64,000 nt of DNA from contig NEEC01000013.1 in assembly GCA_002189035.1 (NCBI GenBank), positions 868,001-932,000 on the forward strand. The letters are read 5' to 3'. This stretch comes from Utricularia gibba (taxonomy: Eukaryota > Plantae > Magnoliophyta). Under the pieces are notes generated by a model. The model had not been told where the DNA came from, did not search any database, and saw only the letters and a program-made list of their open reading frames with translations. Numbering within the stretch: the first letter of the stretch is position 1; the number at the start of each line of letters is the position of its first letter. Of this stretch, positions 38,286-49,133 are shown piece after piece. The translations under genes and the position numbers were made by a program.

Positions 38286-41200
38286 ATGCAGAAACGCGGT
38301 AGAATTACTGATGATTTTAGTGATGATTATAACAACGGAGAAATCAATCCTCGTGAACAGTCATTGACTGAGGATGTGGGTGTGGATGGGACTTTTCATG
38401 AGCCACATATTGGAATGGAATTTGATTCCGAGGATACAGCAAGGATGTTTTATGAACACTACGCTAGGAACACAGGGTTTCGTATTCGCGAAAATGTCAA
38501 ACCTGCAAGATCTGATTCGACGTCAATCTTCCGGGAACTCGTATGCACAAGGAGTGGATCATCGAAAAGGGGGCCTCATGTGAAGCTGCAGTTGTGATTG
38601 AGTTGGTTAGTCAAAACAAATGGGTAGTAACAAAGTTTGTGAAGGATCATACCCACGCCATCAGTCATTGTAAGACTCCAAAGTTGAAGCATAGGAAACG
38701 CTCTGCTACAACGACGAAGTCTGTGGTTGAGGCTATCCCATCCATGGACTTGGTACCTAGTGGTATGATGTGTGTGTCTTTGGTTGGTAACAGTCTTCCA
38801 GAAGAAATGACGCATGTGGGAAGCAATTTTTCATCTTCAGGGTATACCTTTAAGAAGATGGGTTCTTCAGGTTATCTTCCAGGGTATTGCACCCCAGAAA
38901 GAACTTTCGGCAAGGATGCCCAAAATCTATTAGAATATTTCAAAAAGATGCAGGCTGAAAACCCTGGGTTCTACTATGCAATACAACTTGATGAAGAAAA
39001 CCGCATGGCTAATGCATTTTGGTCGGATTCTAGATCAAGGACAGCTTACCGTCATTTTGGGGACGCTGTTACTATGGATACATTGTACAGAGTCAATCAG
39101 TATAGAGTACCATTTGCTCCATTCATGGGGGTGAATAATCATGGCCATTTAATTTTATTTGGTTGTGCTCTACTTCTAGATGAATCTCAGTCTACATTTG
39201 TGTGGTTGTTTAAGACTTTTCTAGCTGCAATGAATGGCAAAGCCCCTGTCTCCATAACCACTGATCAGGACCGAGTAATAAAGGCTGCAGTTGCACATGT
39301 GTTTCCTAATGCCCGGCATTGTATAAACAAGTGGCACGTACTCAGAGAAGGTCAAGAAAGACTGTCTCAGCTCTGTCGAGCGCATCCTAATTTTCAGGCG
39401 GACCTTGATAATTGTGTTAACAAGGCTGAGACTGTTGAGGAGTTTGAATCTTCATGGGGCTCACTTGTTGTCAAATACGCACTGCAAAGAAATGAATGGC
39501 TTCAGTCGATATATGATGCCCGGCAACAATGGGTGCCTGTTTACTTTCGGGACTCCTTTTTTGCTGCCATTTTCTCTAGCTATGGACGCGGGAGCTCATT
39601 TTTTGATGGCTATGTTAATCAGCAAACTACATTACCAATGTTCTTTAGACAGTATGAAAGAGCTTTAGATAATTCTTTTCATAGGGAAGTCAAGGCCGAT
39701 TTAGATACGCTGTGCACAGCACCGGTGCTGAGGACGCCTTCCCCAATGGAGAAACAGGCTGCTACTGTGTATACGAAGAGTGTATTTTCTAAATTCCAAG
39801 AAGAGTTGGTTGAGACCTTTGCATATACTGCAAATAGAGTGCATGGGAATGAGCATAACAGCACTTACAGGGTTGCTAAGTTTGAGGATGATCGAAAATC
39901 ATATTGTGTATCAGTAAATGTTGATGGGATGAAAGCAAATTGCAGCTGTAAGATGTTCGAGTATTGTGGTATTCTATGTAGACATGTCTTGACGGTGTTT
40001 ATGGTTACCAACATACTTACTTTGCCATCCCACTATTTTTTGAAACGGTGGACCAGAAATGCGAAAGGCATAGCTGAGGATCCTGATGGAAATGAGGTGG
40101 GAGGACAGGCAACTTTTACAACGAGATACAATAGTTTGTGCAAGGAGGCCATCATGTTTGCCGAGGAAGCGGCTACCTCATCAGAAACATACTGTGCTGC
40201 ACTCTCAGTTCTTAGAGAAGGAAGAAAGAAGGTTGATGGTGTTAAAAAAAGTCTAAAAGTTGCAACTTCTCCCTCGCTGGTTACTGGAGTTGCCTTCGAT
40301 GATCAGAGAACAAATGCTGGGCTTCCGGATTTGGCACCATCATTGTGGCCAAGGCAAGATGAAATTTTGCAGCGTTTTAATCTTAATCATGCTGGTGTAC
40401 CTTGCCAACCCATTTCAAATCCTAACGCTCTGCATATCTCACCAGTTTCTCTTAGCCAAGTTCGTGCTCCATCGAATGAAATGGTACTGGAACCCTCCAT
40501 TAAATATCTATGAAGATGGATCTCCAGTCCCAGAAAGAAAACTACTCACATTGTCTTTTGTGGTTTTATCTTCAATGCAAGATGGTTCTTCCCTGTCTCA
40601 AGTCGATGACGTGGATGATGGAGAATAAGAACTCGAACACAGCCACAACTCTAGCTTTAATCAGCCTGAAGGTACGTCCAAGTTTTAAAATAAACTTGGT
40701 AGTTTACGGTATGAACATGGCATTTTGGGTTTTATCAAAAATTGAAAAGCAGGCGTAAGCATGATAGATTTTGCCACATTTTTCTCAGATACTCTCCGAC
40801 TGAAAAGAGAGCCTTTTAATGTTATTCTCGTCCATTTCGAAGAACGTATAGTGTGTCCCTTGATCTTCTATAAACACATCAGTTTTCTGGATCATTCCCA
40901 GTAGCCCTGATTTCTCCACAAGCGCTGAAACCTACATTTATCTGCTGCTCATAGTGCTTCTCATTTGATGCCTTTTCAGTTACAAGATTCTGGCAGGACT
41001 CCAGTGGCCGAATCATGTGTAAAATTTTCAGTGTCAAGAGTTACTTTAGAGCCCATGTTGAAGTCCATGGCACACATTATTGACCAACTCTCTACATCTA
41101 CTAATAAGGTGGCTGTCATCAATCTGAAGGTTTGCCTTCCACAATACAATGATCCATTCATTCGTCACTTTTTCCCTTGTTTATTGTTATCCGTTGCTTG

Positions 41201-41655
41201 ATTAATGGCCTCCATCATTTTCAAATTCCTATTTTGCCTTGTCATGGTAGATTGCTCATTATGATGCAGGGTCTCGTAGTCGTTCACTAAATGTTGTCTT
41301 CATTATCGTGACATAGTGTCTGGATGATATTCAGCTTCAGGATACAGAGACCGCGATAGGTGAATCTCAGCTTAAGTTTCAGGTGTCAAGAGACGCTCTG
41401 GGCGCCATGTTGAGATCAATGGCATACATTCATCAGCAGCTGGCGAACACTGTAAGAAATCATCTCTCAACGAATAAAATCCTTCTAAAGCATCCATCTG
41501 GATCGTCTTCTGGACTTGTTTTCAGGGATGGTATCAGTTTTCAACTGTTTTGTCAGAGAAACCATTGCTCATTAAGTCGCATTTTGTTTATCAACACTTC
41601 CTCTTCTGTATCTCGGCCTCTTTCCGTGCAGATGCAGTCTAAAGAAGACCAGTAA
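38286..41655 (+). CDS. FRS3: FAR1-related sequence 3-like protein (domesticated Mutator transposase TF), 1-bp frameshift near 38565 as assembled
   Basis: [23 protein letters not shown] (FAR1 DBD); MULE domain [42 protein letters not shown]; [20 protein letters not shown]. Downstream exons [32 protein letters not shown] and [16 protein letters not shown] are characteristic of FRS3. GT-AG introns. Confidence 0.88.
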
Positions 41656-42397
41656 TCTTGCAAACAACAACGAAAAAAGGTAATGCATCCCTGCATCAGG
41701 ATGACCGAGTCGAGTCGGTTTGATCATGCCCTTCTTACAGACCCGATCTCGGCTTCTTGATCTTCAAGAGGGCAATCACTCAGCTTCAGGCTGGCTGTGA
41801 ATATATGTAGTTTGCTCTGTAGGAAACAGTGATGCTTCTAAGGTACAGAATGCAAATAGAGTGTTCCTGTCAAAATTCATGAGCAAGCTTTTCTTTGCTA
41901 GCTTATTTTTAAACTGATGAGACCATACAGCCGCCATCCTCCCTCTCAAACAGGTACCATGACATCAGTTTAACTTGTAAAACATGCCAAAAATTAAGCT
42001 AAATACTATTGCTGACACTTACAATGGGGTCTCATTTCAAAACATTTTTCTCATACTCCGCAGGAGAGACCACAGTCCTGCGTGTGCTTCAACTCTTGCG
42101 TCTACTAGTTCAGAGACAAAATCAAGAAATTCCATCAGATTACACAATGGGATCTCCATCCAGACGATTGTGCCCCAAGTTTTGCCATGAAATCCATGTT
42201 TTACGAGATCCAAGAGAGGCTAATTAGGAAAGCTTTTAGATGATTATTAGTTGATACAGCTGAAGGAATGATGTTTAGCAGACCCCACCGGACTAAGAAA
42301 TACGTCCCGGATACAACTCGCAAACTATCCGGATGGGATGGTCCCTTCTCCCCCTCAGTATATACCTTCTTCCAAGAGCCATTCTACAAACTTCATT

Positions 42398-45300
42398 CTA
42401 CAAGCTTCTGTAATCAATGACTGACTTCATCATCTGGTGCATCCAGGTCGTTGTAGCTGCGATTGGATAGGATTCCTCGTTAAGTTTTCAGTAAGAGCCG
42501 TGTTCCCTCAAGAAGAGGTTAGAATGAAAAGATTTGAGGACCGTTTTCAGATAAGCTTAAGCATTAAGCACAGAGCTCTGACCTCCGCAAACGGCGAGGA
42601 TCTTGTCTGAGTGCAGGGGGCATGGCAATTATGGGAGCAGGCCTACCTATCTGTGGACCTGATCTCCCCTTTCTGCCTCCTTCGAAAGGGGAAGGCCCGC
42701 CTTGTTCTCTCAACATTTGCATAGCAATTTCAGGAGGGGCTGGGACGAAAGGGCCTAATGGACTGAAACACATGGCCGGCAATAAAACAAAATCAAGTCA
42801 CATCTTGGACGACAGGGGAGAAGCCAAAGTCAAGAAAAGAGATATTCACATACCCAGCACCCGGGACAGGCATTAGCACAGGGGGCGGCATATCTAATGA
42901 GAAAGCAGCTACAGGCATACTCTGTCCACCAAAGGAGTCGTATAATGCCTCATCTGGATTATTCTCTGCAGATACATCGCCAGGCAGGTTGTTGTCAGAC
43001 CTATGAAACCGTTCACTACCATTGATGCGGTTGTCATATTCTTGGCGATTTCCCCTGTCATCCTTGATTCTCCCTTCTAAGCCAGGCCTGCGTCTTTGCA
43101 GCCTATCTCTCTGTGGGGGGCACGCATGCAGAATTACATGGAAATGTGATGTGCCTTCGAGAATAACAATACGCAAGTGAAAGTCCTTACCGAAGGAGGG
43201 AGCGTAGCAGGCTTCCCTCCAGGTGCATTCTCATCACTGCAAATGTGAGATAGTTACCAAATGCTCCTGAAACTGGCAAAAGGAATGAACATATATCACT
43301 CACTTCATGTAGCTTTCGAAATACAACTCTTCACGCACTTTAGATATCAATTCCATGACAAGTTCAGGATGTTTCAACTTTAAGTGCTTATGAACAAATT
43401 CAGCAGCATGAAAGAGCTTAGTACAGCCTTTTGCTCCACACCCGTACTTCCATCTATATTTTTCATCCCTAATTTTGCGAACATAGGGATCCAGTGCTTC
43501 CGTAGTTGTGTCTATCTTTTCTTTTGCTGTCATTACTTCAAGGGGGTTCAGGCGATTTAGCCTCTCATGCCAACAGAAATCTAGTTTCTTCTCCATTCCA
43601 TCACCATCAACATTTGTTTCAGCAGTTTTCTCATCTCCCCGAACATCGTAAACCTCTGGCTTCACTTGACTCAGAGAGACCGTAATAATCAATTCCATGT
43701 ATACGCCAGAGATAAGTCAGCAACGCAAAAGCTCAACTCCTTCAAGACCTTTGATGCCTTGGACAATTATCACCGGACCACTTGAGTTTCTGTGTAACTT
43801 ATCTCTGCTCAATCTACTATTGTCACCTTGCAGCAGAATATTATCCTCAATTCCTTTTTCTGAATCAAGCTTCCTAACGAGAGACAAGGCCCGTCCAACA
43901 TCAATCTGGATTCTTCTGGACTCGGAAAAAATTTGATGGGCCTTTGGGGCAGAGAAATGGTCAGAATTTTTTGCACCATAACGACCAGGCCGCCTTCGTT
44001 TGCCACCAACATCAGCTTCATCATCAGAATTAGGCTCAGATTGCCGCCCAGTTTTACTTGATGGCGTATACGCTGGACCACTAATTAATCAAGGGAACTT
44101 CGCTAATCAACAACCATGAGTCATTGTAATAGAAAAACACACTGAAGCCCTATGTACTTGGGGCGTAGGCATAGCGCTTACGTGTCCAAGGTTCCATTCT
44201 GCAGTTCAACTTGAAAATCTTTCGCCAACTTCTTTGAAAGTTCATTCCTCCTGCAAATTTCTGGTCAAATACGTACTTAGGAGAAGATGAAGGAATAATA
44301 AGCATGAAGTGTGATATAATCATACCGTTCTATAACAGCTAGCAGGTTTGTCGGATGATATTTGTCTTTTAGCCTGGAAGACGACAGCTAATATTAGACA
44401 AGAAAGTGTCATTAAAGCGGGCAGTAAGAAGATTGAGAAACAGCCAAATATACCATTCCTCATCTTTATGTGCACTAAAATAATGTCTTTTCTGAGTAGA
44501 TATATACGAACTCCTGTACTCTTGATATCTGCTCTAAAAAATAAATCAGAAACTGAAGAAAGAAGCATCTAAGACCTTTTGAACACAAGGTACTCCAGGT
44601 GTACCTTTTTTCCGCTTCTGAAGGTAAAATATCATCTTCTAACTCTTGAATGAACTGCTTATAAGACATCATTCCTTCACTGGGAAAAAACAAACCCACA
44701 AATTGCATCAGCAATGAAACTTCAGAGAAAATACAGTCTGAAGCTCACGTAAAACCCACCCCATGGAAAAACAGCATATTAAAAAGAAATACGCGGAACA
44801 CATCTCTCAACAAAACAAAGGCACAACGCCGAAAATCAAATCTTAATCAGGAATAGCAAGGACATCCAGATGCACTAACAACAGCCGGCTAAAGAGACTA
44901 CCGTTGAGCTCCTCTGACATTGAAAACATCATTAAATCCACCTTGATCAGAATCCCAATCTGCAGAAGTAGACAAGATTTTCTAATTAAAGGACAAGATC
45001 AAGAATATAACTTGCACAACTATTACTTACATGGGAAAAATACCGTGAACGTTGAAAGATAAGTAATTCAGCACACAGAACAAACACTAAAGTTCAAAGG
45101 CCGACCGCCAAGTTGTACGAAAGGGCCAATGCTTAATAATATGAGAATGAAGATTCTACCAGATGATAAACCAGGATATCCACGGCCTAACCGACCATGT
45201 AACCTGTTATCAGGGTAGCCAATTGTGGGGTTAATTTGAGAAATGTCCATCTATCTCCACTGAAATTTTATATATGGACATCTCTTAAAAACTCTTTGTA

Positions 45301-47533
45301 AATTGGCCATCTCGAAAATGACCTATTAAAAGAAAATCATTTTTCATTCAAATAGTCAGTGTATATACATGGTATATTGAATTTTGTTTAATTATCTATT
45401 TTCAAAAAAAACCTAATTTTGTTGATTAATATATGTAATTATATAGTATTGTATATAATAGTATAAAATATGCAACAATAACAAATGAATTATTAAATAA
45501 TTTACAAATACAAAAAATAATAACACTCTATTACAATTAATTATATATAAACATTTGTATAATTAAATTATTAGTGTAAATAATCGCGTAATTAAATTAT
45601 ACAATATATATACATAATTTACCCATCAAAGATGAAATCCATTTTTTATATAAAATAAATGGTCCATAAAAAAATCGAGGCATTTTTCACCAATTTTGGT
45701 TTTCGAATTAACTGTATCCCACATATTTCCGGAAATGCAGTAATCCGAAAGAGTTATGCAATATCTTCATTCCGCACTCTTGAAGAATCACTATAATTCG
45801 GAAGAGTTTTACAGTTTCAATATAGTAAGGAAAATATCACCAATCAAGCATTCCTTCGATTAAGACCATAGTTAATACAAGAAAACCATGTAAATATTTG
45901 CTTCAAACAAAATCATGAGGCTAGACATATAGGTTTACACACAAGGAAAAAGAAGAGCAGATCTTTACATACAAGACAACACTTCAAGAGTTGAATGTGC
46001 CCCTGAAATAATTCAGATTCCAATTCAAGTAGTTTATCCTGAAGCACAAGGATCACATTCTAGGAGTTGAGGAAGTAGAAATGGAAAAGAAAAAAAGTGG
46101 TAGAATGATGGTTGATATGTGGTTTTCATGTTGCACTTTTGCGTGTATCAAGTATTAGAAGTGACTAATGTTTGTGATATTTGCACTCGATGATTTTGTT
46201 TGAAGCAAACATTTACGTGGTTTTCTTGTATTAACTATGGTCTTAATCGAAGGAATGCTTGATTGGTGATATTTTCCTTACTATATTGAAACTGTAAAAC
46301 TCTTCCGAATTATAGTGATTCCTCAAGAGTGCGGAATGGAGATACTGCATAACTCTTTCGGATTACTGCATTTCCGGAAATGTGTGAGATACAGTTAATT
46401 CGAAAACCAAAATTGGTGAAAAATGCCTCGATTTTTTTCTGGACCATTTATTTTATATAAAAAATGGATTTCATCTTTGATGTGTAAATTATGTATATAT
46501 ATTATATAATTTAATTACGTGATTATTTATACTAATAATTTAATTATACAAATATTTATATATAATTAACTGTAATAGAGTGTTATTATTTTTTGTATTT
46601 GTAAATTATTTAATAATTCATTTGTTATTGTTGCATATTTTATACTATTATATACAATACTATATAATTACATATATTAATCAACGAAATTAGGTTTTTT
46701 TGAAAATATACAATTAAACAAAATTCAATATACCATGTATATACACTGACTATTTGAATGAAAAATGATTTTCTTTTAATAGGTCATTTTCGAGATGGCC
46801 AATTTTGCAAAGAGTTTTTGAGAGATAGCCATGTCTCAAATTTCAGTGGAGATATATGGACATTTATCAAATTGACCTGCCAATTGTGCCCCCCATTTCA
46901 CGCTCATAACCCGCAGAATAATCAAACGGAATCCTGAACCCATGAAATGAGCAAGAAGCTTGATTAATTGTTTACTATGTAAAAAACGATTATCACATTG
47001 ACTGCATAACATAATCTTAACATGGCTATGCTAAAAAACAGACAAACCACCAATTACATGGAAAATAAGCGAAACAAGGAGTTCACCTTAGCTCCCCCAG
47101 GGCCATATCCTCCTCTAGGGCTCCCTCTCCTTCCATTATAAGCGTCGTCCTTCCTACGCTTATAGCCAGGAAGTGGTGGAGATCTTCTAGCTGGAGAATG
47201 GGGGCGTCGATCCCGATAAGGTGGCGGAGGCGGACTCGGACTCATCCTACTCCGCTTATGACAATTCCTCTCCCGCGGCGGTGGGGGTGGAGATGATCGA
47301 TTCCGTTCATATTGTTCTCTCCGCAGTGGCCGTTCATCACGTCGGTCTCGAGAATCCCGAATTCCTCTTCGCGGAGGCAGAGGTGGAGGTGGCGGCGAAG
47401 ATGCAGTATCGTGCCCAGCCTCACTAGCTGTAGTTTCCGGCTGCTTCTCTTCGTTAATGGGATCCGCCTCGTTCCCAGCATCGCGGTTTACGCTGGAATT
47501 TTCTTCAGCACGGTCCAAAACTTCCGCCATCAA
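42398..47533 (-). pseudogene. SE: SERRATE (SE/ARS2) homolog disrupted by a MULE in exon 2 and several small indels
   Basis: All exons traceable with GT-AG introns: MAEVLD..RGSPRGGYGP; FDYSAGYEREMGG|TIGYPDNRLHGR; DWDSDQGG; MMSYKQFIQELEDDILPSEAEKR; YQEY..TQKR..HKDEEW; LKDKYHPTNL; KLDSEKGIEDN; KIRDEKYRWKYGCGAKGCTKLFHAAEFVHKHLKLKH (zinc finger); PVPGAG|PLGPFVPAPPE; RQDPRRLRS|YNDLDAP..VIDYRSL*. Confidence 0.9.
45228..46878. mobile_element. Non-autonomous Mutator-like foldback element (1,651 bp) with ~690-bp TIRs and 10-bp TSD
   Basis: Arms 45228-~45919 and ~46186-46878 are reverse complements (~95% by eye, with a ~90-nt perfect stretch) around a 266-bp spacer. GCCAATTGTG is duplicated exactly at 45218-45227 and 46879-46888. 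A 9-11 bp TSD with long TIRs is diagnostic of MULEs. Confidence 0.95.
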
Positions 47534-47564
47534 CGAGTCAGAATTTCGTCAGTTTCCAAAATCC

Positions 47565-48100
47565 AAACCCTAATCTACTTCTCCAACTGCGAGCAGAGAC
47601 TTCAAAGTTGGGGTGGTCTTCAGCAAACTACGTAGCAAATGACATAAACACTCCTACTGGAATTCCTTTTTTTTCTGAAGAAGAAGAGAGATCCCCTGAA
47701 TTGCACAGAGCAGCTGCGAACAAATCGAACCCTGCTGCCGGATTCCGATCAGCACTCCCGCAAGAGAAGTTCCCATGCCGGGAGTAGGATTCGATTTTCT
47801 TTCAGTTAATTTATAGGAGGAAAAAAAATAAGCGTGCCACGACATACAAATTGAGAATAAATTCTCACACGATGCCAAGGTTTTACGTGTGAGCCCAATC
47901 CCAATATTTGAGCCCCGCCCACCCGAATTATTGGTCCGTTGGGCTGGGTCTGGGACACGGACCTTAAGAGAAGCTCCACCACAAGCCCATTTGATATCTA
48001 TTATTTTGTATAAATAGTTTATAAAAATGAATATAATATTTTGCGTTGTTTTGGGTTCCAGTAACCGGTAGGCCATAGCCGGTGACATGTGGGCCCAGCC
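47565..48100. promoter_or_regulatory. SE upstream region: telo-box (AAACCCTAA, 47565-47573) and cluster of site II (TGGGCY/RGCCCA) motifs at ~47890-48100
   Basis: Motifs are directly visible. The telo-box plus site II combination is typical of plant RNA-processing and translation housekeeping promoters. Confidence 0.55.
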
Positions 48101-49133
48101 TCTCCCCACTCTCAATATTTGAATATTAAGAATAAAAAACAATTTAATATTATTATGTTTCAGGACACGTAAGCGTGACATACATTTTTTTTTCCATGTA
48201 ATGGTGACTCGTAAGTCCAAGTCACGTGCAATAAAGATTGCTGTCCGCTGTCTTTCGATTTTATTTATTTTGACGTGCAAGAACCCTATTGGCTGATCTA
48301 CCTTTTTTGTTGTATAATAAATGTTATAGTGCATAGTGTCACCTTTTCCTGCTAGGTGTTAGATCTGTCGGATCTTGTCGTTCTCCACGTGTCATAAGCA
48401 TGATATCGACGGCTAAGAAATTTCCACCCAATTTCAATTTATCAACTTAAAAAGTGTAAATAAAACACGTATTGTAAACATAAACACTCATCTGTGTCTT
48501 AACCCACGTCGACACACACGAATAACCAAACCATGGCAAAAGCATAGTCGTGTCTAGAAAAGTGACTATTGCTAAATTCTCTCACTTATATTTAAACAAA
48601 AAAAAATACAAATAAGATGATTATTTTTTCACACTATGTGATACATAACCAAAATTTTAATTCATCCATTCATAACCGGGTAGGGGACAGTGATGAGAGC
48701 ATGGAAAAGTCCAAGGAAACAAACAAACTTGAAGTCAAACTCCAAACACAACAAAACATTAGACTCCAAAGTCACCTGCACATGTTCTGGTCTCCAGGTT
48801 TCATTTGGATAGCAAATTTAATGGGTGCATCCGCGAGGTTGAGTTGGAAAGTATATTATCAGTTTGTGAGATACAATATTATTTGTGATGATGATGTAGA
48901 AGTAACAAAAAGGAGACGTTTGATTCCAAGGGTGAACTAGAACTTCTCTTGAATCAACACTAATGGCTGAGGTGAAGGAAACATATGGTAAAACATCACA
49001 AGGGAGGAAGCCATGATGTGTCCTCCATTACCTTATTACAAACCGTGACAATCAAGATGCCAAACTGGACAAAGGTTGTTGGATGGTGATCACCGTTGAG
49101 AGCTGGCACTGGCTTGATGGTGGAGACTTCAGC

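Noticed and set aside
47654-48334. 226-aa minus-strand ORF upstream of SE
   Set aside because: It runs through promoter motifs and AT-rich DNA, with low-complexity composition and no domain. Likely spurious.
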